Shown in pieces: positions 16,461 to 31,016 of a stretch of DNA of 64,000 nucleotides. The translations under genes were made by a program, and so were the position numbers. Every line of letters starts with the position of its first letter. Positions within the stretch are counted from its first letter, which is position 1. The notes under the pieces were generated by a model. The model ran no database searches, had not been told where the DNA came from, and saw nothing but the letters and a program-made list of their open reading frames with translations. The stretch comes from the human T2T-CHM13v2.0 reference genome, Homo sapiens. Where the stretch lies: the NCBI RefSeq assembly GCF_009914755.1, contig NC_060932.1; one strand, given 5' to 3'.

Positions 16461-18326
16461 TAGATAATAATAGTAACAACAATACTAACAGCTACTCATT
16501 ATTGAATATTTTCTGCATCAGACAGGTGAGCGCTTTATTGCTTCATTTATTTACCTCACAGCGACACTATACATTGTCTTAAAAACCAGAAAAATGTCTC
16601 ATAAAGATCCCGATTTCTAAGTGTCCTGGAAAAGCCTGGGCTTGCCTTCTTACCTGGCAGCAGACATCGGCAGCTGAGTAACAGCTTTCCTCTTACCTGG
16701 GACTTGTACCATTACTTCACACAGTCCTCACCACTTCCTATTGGCCTGCACTTATTGTGAGTTTCCTCATATCCTTGCTGGTCTAGCCCCATAGGCATTT
16801 CTGACACCTGTAAGGACAATTGACATGCTTTCCCAGCTGGTTGCAGACTTCTCTATTTTTTGCCCTAGTACTGGAATGGTTTTCTCAAATGAAATTTGTT
16901 ACTTGCTTTCTCTTAATAGTTTTCTATGTATGTTTCTTTATCACCTCCTCCTCTACCCACAACTTTGTTAAAGTCTCTATGCTGAAGTTAGAAGGAAAAG
17001 AATAAAAGTTTTTGATCATTTACTATGGGCCAGAGTTAAACACAGGCTTGGTTTAGTTAAGTCTTCACAGCACTGAAGTGGGTGTTCCTGATTCCTAATT
17101 AAGAGATGAGAGAATTTCTGGGTTGAAGAATTTCAACCCAGAGTGGATTCAGATCTGTCTGATCCCGAGCTCAAAGTTTTTTCTCCTCTATCATAACAAC
17201 TTCTAGCTCCTGTTCCTCTATACAAATAAACAAGTATCTTTAGCACTCTCATTCCCATGATCTGCTTCTCATCTTGTTCCTCCTTTGCCATCAAACTATA
17301 TTCATTGGTTCACACAGAACTCTGTTAACCCCTTTTCTCATCTCAACACAGTGTAATTTAGCCTTCTGATAATTTACTCGTTCACCCACATCATCTGAGC
17401 ACCCACTGTGCAACAGGCAGCGGGCCAGACACTAGGGACATAATCCTTGTCTGAGAGAAGCTTCATGGAGCCATAATTCCAGCGCTGTGTGCAGAATGCC
17501 TTATAATTAAATCCAGTGGATTTAAGGATTAGCCCTTTTCTTACTTAAGCTCACTTGCATCATTTTCCCCAAAGGACAAGCACTTCTCTAATGGAAATTT
17601 TCTCTTTCCTTTCTTCTGTAGCATTCCTCACTGCTGGTTTTCTTCTTTAGTTTTTCAGAGTTCCTTTTGCATCTCTCTTCTTTTTCTTCCAATGCCCTCA
17701 TTTTAAATGTTTCTAGCTTCGTACTAGGTAACTTCACTTCAAAGTCTTACAGTTTCAGTGATTTCTGCTGCTTTCCTCAAGACAATAGCATTTGACTAGC
17801 TGTCCACATTAAATATCTTGGAGGCATCATTACTCTCTTGTCTTCCTCTCACAACAAGAGTTGGTGATTCTGCTTCTAAAACAGCATCCCAGTTGCCAGC
17901 CCCTCTGCCATTAGTTAACATATGGCAGCAACTGCCCTCTCCCTCCCTCTCAGTTGTGTGTCCTCCAGGCATTAACAATAGTAATCATTTTTTTAAAACT
18001 CTCATTATCACTTTACCCCTTGAAATCTTGTAGTGTCTTTCTCGCTGCCTGTTGGGTCAGGTCTCAGTTCTATAACCTGGCCTCCAGAGCTGTTGACCGT
18101 CTGCTCCTGATCCACTCTTCTGGTCTACTCTCATTTTAGCTACAGTGCTTAGCACACAGAGAGCACTCACTGAATACTGGATGAGTAAGCGGGTGGTACA
18201 GAAAAATCTGACCTTTTGTTGTCAAAGGGCAGAATTAAATTTTTATCATGTAAGTATGGTACCTACTATTTACTTCTCAGTAACTTCTCTCATTTTTAAA
18301 TTATAATGATATAAACATTAATCCAG

Positions 18327-18971
<645 letters not shown>

Positions 18972-21945
18972 CCTAGTATCTTTTAATTCACTGAGATTCT
19001 AAGTCCTGTATCTGGGTAGACTTTATTATTGGGAAAAGGATGGACCTAATAATCTAGTAGATCTCTCCATCTCAAATTTCTTTGAGGTATTTGAAATTTG
19101 ACCAAGGAAGTTAAAGGCTACAGTAAACTGTGATCATGCCACTGTACTCCAGCTGGGTGACAGAGCCCGACCCTGTCTCTTAATTTAAAACAAACAAACA
19201 AAAATTCTCCTAAGAAAAGAGGGGCATCTTTATCTTTTTCATGCTACATGATTAGCCACTCAATTTTTTTTCCTTTCATTAATCTGTGTCTCTTAGATAT
19301 TCAAACAAAGCAAGAAACCATTAAAAAATAGTTAGTGCCCATTTGTTTTATTGATTTAAAGAGATAATGAGTTGAATGTTTTTAAATTTCATTTTGATAG
19401 CTAGAGTACAGTCAGTTCTCTTTGCAATGGATGGCCATGCAGACTCAAACTTTCAGAGAAGACATTTACAGCAGTGAATTTATGTGCTTTACAGCAGTTT
19501 TCTAAAAGTTCTGGTTATGGGGGGAAAGCACAGTGAATCACTAAAAATTTGGTTTATTCAGCTTTTCCTAGTCATATTTCAGGTTGTCATGTTGTCAGAC
19601 CTCAAAATGCCTCTCCCCTCCATCCTCACTGCCCCCACTCAGTCTTCACCTCCTCAGCAGTGGTTGTAGTGGAACTGTGGGAATTAAGTAGGTTGACTGT
19701 GTTAGAGACTTTGTTGGAAAACAACATTCAGATTTTACTTATTATCTGCTTAGATCATCCCAGATTACATAATAATTTCAGACTGATTACACCTTGACAA
19801 GGCTCACCTGAATGTCTTCCTATAATGTTACCATTAACATCTTAGGTGGATGTGAGTCCATTTTATTTTATAAATCCAGAAAGAGCGCCTATAATCCTTT
19901 TCTAAGAACCAGCAATTTATTTTCTAGGTCTGCTCTCAATTCTTCATGCTACAATTTTGAACTTCTTGCATTTTGTTCTATTATGTAGAGGTAGAGGATA
20001 GCTAGTCACCGTGTATAATAGCTCTTATTCTTGAGATATAAGGCACTATTATATTGCCTTTCTATCTTCTCTTTTCCAAATTGAGCTTTATTCGTTCTTT
20101 AGCCATACAGTACTTCTGTTAAATCCTTAATTACATATAACACTTGTCATTAAAGCCTCTCCATGTTTTCTAAAACTCTCTTTAATGGTGAATCCAGCAC
20201 TTGGGGGTTAGCAATACAAGAAGACAGTCCGTTCCTACACTAAAATATAAATTTTACACATTTTGGTTTCATGCTTAATTCTCATTTTCTATTTAGTAAT
20301 CAAAATGCATAGCAATTAAGCAAAAGAAGATTATGTCTTTTCTCTGTGACAAAAGTTAAAGCATATACTTTGCAGATAATCTTTTGAATTCATATGCATT
20401 GATAACTCAGATTCAGAGAGATTAGAAGTATATGCTACTGACTAGAACCAATATCAAGAATTTTCTGTATCTAACTTGTAGTCTTAGCATTACCTCTGAC
20501 TAGTTGGATGTAGAAGATAAGTCATTTGACTTCTTTCTAAATCATTTTATTTATTTGTGAAACTGGGGGGAGGAGATCAAGATTAGATTATCTCTAAGCT
20601 GTCTTCCAGCCTAGAAATTGTACTATATACTAATAATAATGGCAGCTAATAAATTGTGGCTTTTAGTGGGTAGGTATATTTGGAGCTAATAAGATTAACT
20701 TATTTGAAATACATGTTGAGTACTACCTACTGTGTGCTGGGCACTGGTAATACCGTGATAAATCAGACATCTTTCAAGGAGTTTATTAGGGGAAAGAGGC
20801 ATAAAAATAAGCAATTGAATATTCCTGGAGTGGTGGTAGAAGTCCGTCTAAAGTGTATGGGGCACAATAGAGAGTTTGGTGAGTTTTGCTTGGCAGCAGG
20901 AGCATCAGGAAAGGGCCAGTGATGAAAGGGAGCGATTATGAAGGCCTGATGGAGAGCAGCTGCAGCAAAGTGATAAGGCAGCAGCTTGACTATAGTGGCT
21001 AAAGCTGGAGGATGAGAAGGTGGAAAGAGTGGCTCCTTTTTTCCCCCAAGGAGGTGGAATATGAACAGAAAATAACTGGGGGCAGGGAGTTGGGATTATA
21101 AGAGGTTGTTTGTTTTAAAAAATGGGTGTGAAGAGCCTGTGTAAAGGTTCTTGAGAAAAGAGCCCGTTGAGAGGAAAGTTTGTTGTGAAGGAGATGAAGA
21201 TGTAATAAAGAACAGGGTTGAGAATGGATAGCGAGATAGATAGATGAATAGATATGTGATAACATACACAGAGCAGAATGTTAATTGTGGCACCTAGGAA
21301 GTAGATGAATGAGTGTTCATAATATACTTCCTTCAACCTTTCTGCATATTTGAAAATTTATAATATTGGGAAATAATTTTATAATATTGGGGATGGAGGA
21401 GAACATGGGTTGAGAATTTAGCCTTGAACAGAACCAGGGGGCACTTATTCCTTGGCATGGCAGGACATTATGGAAGGTCAAGGCTAAAGCCCCAGCCACT
21501 TTTGTAAAGCAGAAGTGACTCTGACCTGCTAGGGTGGAGGGCCAAAAAAAAAAAAATGTTGAGCATGAAGGATGGAATAACCACTTGTGAGTGTGAGAGA
21601 GGACTGAGCAGACTTGGGTGGTGATGCTCAGGTCTGGTGAAGTTGCCACATTTGTGATTTTCCCTGGCAGTTATCAGAAGACAACAAGTTAGTAGGATCA
21701 TTGAAGGGCCACTAGCTTACGGAAGCCAAAATAGAATGAGTAGTTGGCATGAATGAGTCCCTTCAGTATTTGCCAGCAGTCTGTCCTAGAACATGTCCCA
21801 ACCTCTCTGGTGCTTTGTTCAAGAGATTGTTTTCAACCTCACTATCTTTTGCTTTGAATTATCTGAGATAAAAACAATGTTGCAAAACTTTGTTAACACT
21901 ATTATTATTAACATTTAACTCAGGTAATTTTGTTGTCTCCCTTAG

Positions 21946-22099
21946 GTGAAAGAAGAACGTCCAGAAAAAATACCAGATTTAAAATTATTGGTAGAGAAGA
22001 AATTTTTGGCTTTACAGAGCAAGAATTCTGATGCAGACTTTCAAAATAATGAAAAATTTGTACAGTTTAAACAACAGCTGAAAGAACTAAAGAAGCAAT
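21946..22099 (+). CDS. NSMCE2: Internal coding exon (154 nt, phase 0 to phase 1) of E3 SUMO-protein ligase NSE2/MMS21
   Basis: Translation VKEERPEKIPDLKLLVEKKFLALQSKNSDADFQNNEKFVQFKQQLKELKKQ(C) matches my recollection of human NSMCE2 residues ~89-140. Acceptor ttgttgtctcccttAG ends at 21945; donor T|GTAAGT starts at 22100. The ORF-track tail KSTCFALVRLFEIRELT is intron read-through. Confidence 0.96.
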
Positions 22100-23476
22100 G
22101 TAAGTCAACATGCTTTGCTTTGGTTCGGCTTTTTGAAATTAGGGAACTGACTTGATGAACAGCCCCAGTTAACTGATTTTATAAAGTTTGCTTATCTGCT
22201 TGGCTTGATCCTCATTCTAAGTTGCGTTTTATTGTTGTTGCAATTCTGTATTTTGTCTAATTTTTGGTTCAAATCAGCCTGCTCATTTCTGAAAGCCAAC
22301 AGTTTCCACAAAGTGCTCAGAAAATTTCCCAGCAGCTAGTTATGTGTATTGTCCCATTGCTGGGGAGGGAAATTGGGAAAACAAAATAAAAGTGAAAACT
22401 ATTTTATTTAAATAACAATGGTATCGTTCAAGTTTTAAACTGCTGTGCCATGCTTTAAAATAACCATACTTTGATTCTGGTTTTGCCTCTTTGGAGTAAT
22501 ATTAGCTATGTTTTCTCTCAGAAGACCACTTTATCTTCTCAACTATAGACCAAAATCTCCTTGATCCATTTTAGCATTGTGGTAGTATAAATTCCATGTG
22601 GTTTTTAAATTGTTGCCTTCTTAATAAACTATTACATTCAAGTTTTTTAGTGGACATAATTTTGACTTAAGAATTGGAGCAGGCAATGTAATTTTTTATA
22701 CCAAAAAAATTTTTTAGACAGTATTTACCAGAAATAATATATCATTTCTGCACAGTAAAGTATATATGCCCTTTCTTTTCCCATTCTTCCATATGGTCCA
22801 CATACCAATTTTATATAAATTGATTTTTTCACATTAGCATCTATTTAGTCCTGTAGTCTTTGCTTCTTTTAGGATTGAGACGCTTGTATTTCTTAAAGAA
22901 GTGAATAGTGAAGCAAATAACCTTTTCTAACTTTAGTCTCCCAACACCTTCATTTACACACACATGGAGCAGGAGTGTTGTATGATATGAGACATAAATT
23001 TACCTCGTGTCCTTATATGTGCTTAATGTAGGGATTCGTATTTTGAAATAGGCTTTCTTTTAAATATAAGCATTTTCTTTAAATTGATGCTGAGATCTCA
23101 AAAAATGACTGAGGAAGCTGCCTCACTTTTGTCTATTTTACAAATAACTTAAGTTTCACAATTTGGAATGTTTTGCAATCATGATGAGACTTTTGTTTTT
23201 ACTGTAGACTTAACCAGTAAGCATTTTCCCCATATTTTAAGTTTATTTTTGTTCTTTTTTTTAACATCACAGCTCCCAACATTCTTCTAATGTATTTTTC
23301 ACTCTTCCCTCAAATGATTAATAATTTCCCAAAGAGATAATAATTTGCCAATGGCTTTCTGATCTTAAAGATGCTAGTGAATTAATTGTATAGCCATGAG
23401 AATTAGACATTATTCCCCTTAAATATACATGGGCCATATAGTCTTTACCTTTTATCCATGATATTTATTACTCAGT

Positions 23477-23477
<1 letters not shown>

Positions 23478-23507
<30 letters not shown>
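23478..23507. repeat. (TG)n microsatellite, ~15 units
   Basis: gtgtgtgtgtgtgtgtgtgtgtgtgtgtgt seen directly. Confidence 0.95.
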
Positions 23508-23510
<3 letters not shown>

Positions 23511-25080
23511 GTATCTGGCACATGGACCTGTGATTACCAGCCTGAGGCCAACAAACCCCTCAGTTGGGATGTAGAGATTAAACAAAGCTTTTAAAAGCTC
23601 ACATTATATGACCTCAAGTTTGTTTACCTGGTCATCTCATGGTAATTAGAAACTCTGATTGGCAGCTTTCGATTTCTTGATTAAAAACCTAAATAAACTG
23701 ATTGTTATAGGCATTTTTTCAAAGGCATTCTCAGTGAAAAGACCGAGAACTATTCTATTTGGTGCTTAGTGAAAATATTTTGAACTAATATATGTACCAG
23801 TTATTAACATCTCTTTATTAAATGCAATAGTTTTTTGTCAAATAAATAGCAATTTTTCAATCTTGAAAAAAAAAAGATGCTAATGAATTTCAGTTTTGGT
23901 GTTGGTCTAAGTAGCCAAATGTATTTTATTTGACTATTTGGAGCCAGTACTCATAAACTGTGGCAGACTTAGCATCCAATCACAATTCCTGAGTTTTAAG
24001 TAATTTTATAATACAGGTTGAAGGACAAATATTCAAAAATATAAATTGTTCCTTCTTTTGTTATTGTTTACAAAGTTATTATTCCACAAGGTAAAGGATG
24101 AAGACTTTTAGAATCATACTCATGGAGAAACACTTTCTAATTAAGAACATATAATTCAAAAAAATGATAAATGTTGAAATCATGGCTATTACTTCTTAAA
24201 TCTCTCTAAAATGGAGTTGGAAAAAGAAAGAAAATGTTTCCTCAGGCCACCAGTACACATTATTTGGATAGACAGTCAAACCTTATGTATATTTATATTG
24301 AAAGAAATACTTCCTTATAAAGTTTCCCTGTATATTGTAACACTGGAATTAAAATAACTTTCCCCTAAAATAATTAAAATAAAAATTTCCCCTAGAATTT
24401 TATTTTAAAAAGTTTTTAGATTTCAAATGACAGAACAAGCAAAATATTAATACTTTTGAAAAATACTCTATAAGATCTGTATACCTTACTTGCAAAATGT
24501 AATTTTAGTGCAGTATTATTAATATAATACTTGTATTATACTAATACAAGTTGATACAAGTATAAACTTGTACCATGTCTAGTGGATTTTCTTTCTTTAG
24601 ATTTAACACTGTTGTGAGGGTTCTAATTAGGATCAGGCTCCCACAGTATTTGTGTAGCCAGGTCAAAGGTACACTATGATATGTAAATGAGCTAATGAAT
24701 CTGTTTTGAGATATGTTCTGGCGGCAAGGAATTACAATAATAATTTTTTTGTTTTTAAAGATTAGAAAATAGAGGCCAGAGAGAGAGACTTGCTTCTAGA
24801 TGCCTGTTTTGACAGAGTAAAGGCTGAAGTGCTTTTATGGTCTACATAGATCCAAAGAGTTCTTTTATGAAAATAACCACCATGTCTTCACTAACTTTAT
24901 TATATAAGAACATAAATACATGGGATTACATTTGACAAAATCAGGATCTAATCAGAGAAATGCTAGGAATCTTTTAGGTGGGGAGAGGCCAAGATACAGC
25001 TTGCAATGAAGTTGTCTCCCAGGTGGTTTTGTCTCAAGGGCAGGCCTAGGTACACTCTGCTGGCAGTGCACCAGCTGTAA

Positions 25081-25852
<772 letters not shown>

Positions 25853-25863
25853 CTAGATCTAGG

Positions 25864-26205
25864 CCTGGGGTCAGTAAACTCTGGGCCATGGACCGAATTC
25901 AGCCTGCCTCCTGATTTTCTATGGCCTGCAAGCTAACAATGATTTTTATGTTTTTTAACTGTTGGAGAAAAAAATCAAAAGGGGAGTAATATTTGGTGAC
26001 TTGTGAAAATTATATGAAAATTCTATTTCAGTGTCCATAAATGGTTTCATGGGAACATAGTCATACTCACCTGTTAATGTGTTTTCTGTGGGTACTGTCA
26101 CACTGTCATGGCAGGGTTGAGTGAGTGCATCACAGATCATCTGGTTAGCAAAACTTACCGTATTTATTATCTGACTTTTTACAGTAAATGTTTACTGACC
26201 CTTGA
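25864..26205. mobile_element. MER58B-like hAT-Charlie element
   Basis: Inverted termini ggggtcagtaaac ... gtttactgaccctt and internal MER58 motifs (ggaacatagtcatactca, gtatttattatctgactttttacag). Confidence 0.8.
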
Positions 26206-27541
26206 TCTAAATTATATTCAGAAGTAACGGCAGTTTTTATTTTTTTAATTTTATATTTTTTCCCTGAATACCATCCATTTGTCTCAAGTACATTCAGAAC
26301 ACTTTGAGGATTCACTGTGTATGAATTACTACAGTTGAGGCTCTGAAATAAATAAAAAGCAAAAAGCAGGAATCTGTACATGCAGAAGACAGTGTATACA
26401 AACATGATATAATATGACAACCATTAATAACAAATATCAACTCAAAAGCAAAGAAAACATCAGAAACAAATGTTATACAATGTGGGACCTAAGTGAGGAG
26501 AGTCAAAACAGGAATGCCATGCCAGTCAACTGATATGGGGCTCTCTGGAGCAGTAGGTACAGAAAGATTTTGAGGCTGGGTTCAGCCCCAGTAGGAAAGA
26601 ATGTGCTAAAAGATAACAGTGGGAAAGGAGAGGGCAGTACAGATGTCTAGTATTTACCATCCCCAGAATACAAACCTAACAGATATACTACACTCATTTA
26701 GAGATACTGTTACTCTAAAGATAATATATTTCAGTTACACACAATGATTTTCCCAATAGTTATGTCTTATAGATATTACTAGGCATTAGATATAACATCT
26801 TTGAACAAAGAATTTTATCCTTTAGATACCCAGTGTCCTGTATGTTAGAAATAATTAGGTCTGCCTCAGCTTACATCTCAGGGTCATTACCAAGATTAAA
26901 TGAGATACTGACTCTGCTAGCTCTAAAAGCTTTAGATTTAAGTTATTGAGGAAGAGCTAGTACAGCATAATGGAAAGAATGTGGCTTAGCAGACGGAAGA
27001 CTTGGATTTGAGTCACTTAATAGCAGCCTACTCTCCCTTCAGATACCGCCTATCTTAGATACTTCTAATTCTTGGAGTCATAGAATCAAGATTGATCGAA
27101 GATAACTTCTACACTTCTAGACAAGATGACTAGGATAGTGATGGTGGTGATAACTGAGTTAGGGAACAATTTCACAGAGAAGAATTTCTTAAACAGTAAT
27201 CATATTCTCACTAGCCCAAGTTGTGAAATGAAACAATATGATTCGGTTTAAGGCAGACATAACCAGACTTTCTTGGGTGAAATAATTTTAATTTAGCTAG
27301 ACAATATGGATAATTTTCTCTTCTCCTTGCCTTAAACTGCCTTCAATATTACAGCTCATGGTTTCTTGCAGTTTTAACATCAGGAGAACTTAATTAGAAT
27401 GTGTGAACTCCTCTGTATAGATACTTCTTCAAGTCATCAAGCAATCTTTCTGGCGTCTTTTATTCATTTACCTGTTACGTGACTATCAGGCCCTGTAGAT
27501 TTTAGTGTACATCAGCAAAGGCAGAAATTGAGGGCAGTTGT

Positions 27542-27608
27542 CAAAGCCCTTATGTTTTGAAAGTTTCTAAGATTGAGATTTAGAAACTTTCAAAATATAA
27601 GGGCTTTG
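27542..27608. repeat. Inverted repeat, 29-bp arms, 9-nt spacer
   Basis: caaagcccttatgttttgaaagtttctaa / ttagaaactttcaaaatataagggctttg; 28 of 29 pairs are Watson-Crick. Confidence 0.95.
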
Positions 27609-28956
27609 CTTTATGTTCAAAAACAGAATTGAATGTGAATCTGAAATTTTAAGTGTTAATTTAATATGCAATATAATTTTGTTAGTATATTTAAATGCTA
27701 AGCTTAAAGGAGAACGTATCATATTATCTTTTAATGAAAAAAATGCTTATCTGAAAAGGTTCACCACAAATTTAGACAGTATATTTAGGTCACTGTTATA
27801 TATAGAATATATGGTATGGAGATAATTGCAGCTACAAGTGAAGGTTATAAATCATTTTGAATGACAATGATATTTGTATCAGACATATAGAGACATAGGA
27901 ATTCACATTGTAATCTAGCAATTAATATGGATTCATTTTAAGCACACCCAATCTAGATCTCAAAACTGATAAAAGGAGGGAGCGGCCATTCACTTTACAA
28001 AAGGATTCTCTGAAGGATACTATTAAGTCTTCTCAGGAACATTAGAACACCTTCGCTTTACTATTTTTAGTCGGTGGCTTTTCCGTCTCCTTCAGCATCT
28101 ACTCAAAACCACAGTGTAGTTGCACAAGGGTAGTGGTTTTTATGTTTTGCTTACTGCTGTATTCCTTGAACTCCAGCATGAGGCCTAGGTACAGTGTAGT
28201 ATTACCATAGCACAGGTCCTTGATGGTCACAGCAGTCTTCCAAAAAACCATCATGTGCTTGAGAGCTTCTGTGCTACTGAAAGGGGACACCTGTCACCCC
28301 TGCCAGCCTATTGTTGCTGTGAGTGGGTGTGGACCCACTGTTGCCAGATCTTCAGGTTGTTTTAGAAAACTCAGAAATCTAAGTTACTAGATTTTTCTGT
28401 TTTTCAGTTACTAGATTTTAAAAACACTGTTCAAACAAAACTGTTAGTTTGTAACCTTTGCCTTTACTTTCTCATAATATAATTTTTTTAGTGCCTTATT
28501 AGGCACTTTAATGAGAGACGGCAGCCGTTTAATTTACTGTTAATTTGTGATGTCTTCAGAAGAGTGAATGGTTTTGCTTTCAGGATACTGCGAACTAAGG
28601 CCAAAATGTGCAGTTTGCTTCATTTGGGAATGTGTATTGTAGAAACCTGTTGGGTTCTATTGAAAAAGCAGATGGGGGTTTTGTGATGGGGGCCAGGTAT
28701 GGGAGCCCCCTCATCCAGATGCAGGTGAACAGTGTGGTTCTAGAGAAGACTAGTGATTGGAAAGGTATGTGTGAGTTTTGAAACTTGGAAGAAGACAGAT
28801 GAGAAGTAAACCAAGGTAGTGCCAATAGGGAAAATATTTGACTTTTCCTAGAAACATATTGAGTGCATTTAAACTGGGCAAAGTATGGACCAACTTGCCT
28901 TCATCCTGATACTATTCAACTTAGAAATGTTTTACTTTGTCATAAGGTATAACTGT

Positions 28957-29410
28957 TGTTAGAAATAGATAATCAGTGTCACGAAGAAAAGTCAGCACAG
29001 AGACAAAGGACCTCTCAGCAAGGCAATCTTTACTTTCTGCAGAAAGGGTGCTCCACACAGATGGAATAATGGCAAGAGCACACCTGAACAAAGGAAAAGC
29101 AGACATGTTTATCCCTTATGCATTTGGGTCATCCTTACTGCTCTGTCCTGCATCCATTGGCTGGAGCTGAACCTCACAATCTTAAACTGATACTCGATTT
29201 GCTAATAGCCTAAAACTTTCCTAAATAGGTAAGTGCAACGAAGAACAAAGAAGGAGAGGAAGTTGCTTATGAAAGGTTTAAGGCTAAAACTTGCCTGGGC
29301 CTGTCCAGACATGCCTAAATAAGCCAAAGCAACTAACTGGGCTAAAGTGTAAGAACTAATAGTTGATAGGAGGCTTTAGAGTAAGGAACTGTTATTCCTA
29401 GAACAGATTT
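28957..29410 (-). mobile_element. ERV1 solo LTR, LTR10 (HERV-I) family
   Basis: Begins TGTTAGAAATAGATAATC...ctctcagcaaggcaatctttactttctgcagaaagggtg, the reverse of an LTR10-type 3' end. Minus-strand AGTAAA (29029-29034), CCAAT (29156-29160) and p53 half-site array. No flanking internal sequence. The right boundary is uncertain. Confidence 0.75.
29287..29326. promoter_or_regulatory. Candidate p53 response element (four contiguous half-sites)
   Basis: AAACTTGCCT|GGGCCTGTCC|AGACATGCCT|AAATAAGCCA versus RRRCWWGYYY gives 0, 1, 0 and 2 mismatches, with zero spacers. Confidence 0.65.
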
Positions 29411-30726
29411 ATTCAACTGATCAGATAAGCTGCCTAGAAAAAGAGGGTCAGAACATAGTTAAGGCAGTCTGATGATAAAAATCCTTTTCCTCTCAATACA
29501 TCATCAGTAAGGAAGAGAAAAATAGAGGACAAAAATTAGCATTTATAGGGTTGAGATCTAAAATCAGTAGAAAAGGTTAAAAATTTATATTGTCTTTGAA
29601 AATTCCTTAAAATGCTCAACAAAAGTAAATACATAATTTTGTGTATATAACCCTTTACAATGATATGTTGGCACAAACATATAGTATATACAGCAATACA
29701 CATTTTTTAATATCACAGAATATGGCTTAAGTCACTTAAGTGTGACTGCTTAGAACATTCAAACAAATTGATGAAGTTTGCTGGCTCTTCTATGGTTTTA
29801 CCATCTCTGTGCCTCTCAGCAGGTCTTCATTTTTTCCTTAAAGATGTTGATGAAGCCATTGCCATTAACTTGCTGAATAATTGTTGGGAGATGCTAAAAA
29901 TCTTAAATGTCACAACCAAGATGGACTTTTTCAGGCTGGATTGCATCCTGAGAGCTTATGTTCATTGAGTGAAATTTCTGCCCTACACAAATTTTTTATT
30001 CTTTGAGTATTTGCCTCTCTCCTCTTTCCTCCTCTCTGAGTCAGCATCTGTCTGACTCTTTTCTGTGTGTCTCTTTCCTCCCTGTTGCTTTCTTTGTGTC
30101 TCCCACTCCATAAGTTTTCTCTTTTCTGTAAATTTTGACTTACATCATTGCAGCTGAAGAGGTTATCCCCATCTTCATGGTGAAGCAGCCTCAGAGAGAT
30201 CAAGTGACATGCCCAAGAACAACAAAGCTAGTGAACAGTAGAACCAGAAGACAGACGGTGCCAAGGATGAAGAGAAAACATTGGAGAGAAGTGTAGCTAC
30301 TCTCTCTCTTCTCTTTTGTAAAGCTGTTACTTTTTAGGAATGTTTACATTTTAAAGTAGATTTGGGGGACCAAATAAATAATTAAGAAAAAGATTAATTC
30401 AAATTAAAGGATTGATTCCATAGTGGTGGAGTTTTAATGAGGTCATTAAGCTGTCCAGGAGTTATTTTGTAGTGAGAAATTAACTTTTTCTACATGTCCT
30501 TTATATTGTATAGTAAAAGCACTCATCTACTCTGCATTCATCTTAGGTTTGCCCTATTCCTATTGGATGATAGTTATAATACAGGTCATAGGCATGCTTT
30601 GTATAATGCCTAGTACCTAAAGTACTGAGTGCTGGTTGAATTAATGAATAACAGCCGACATTGTTTGAGTGCTTACCTCTGCTCAGGCTATTGTACTTGC
30701 AGACTTTATGTACATTATTATGATTA

Positions 30727-31016
<290 letters not shown>

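Noticed and set aside
21946-22155. ORF-track 69-aa 'MKEERP...' as a standalone gene
   Set aside because: The apparent start is GTG (Val) at the splice acceptor. It is an internal NSMCE2 exon plus intron read-through.
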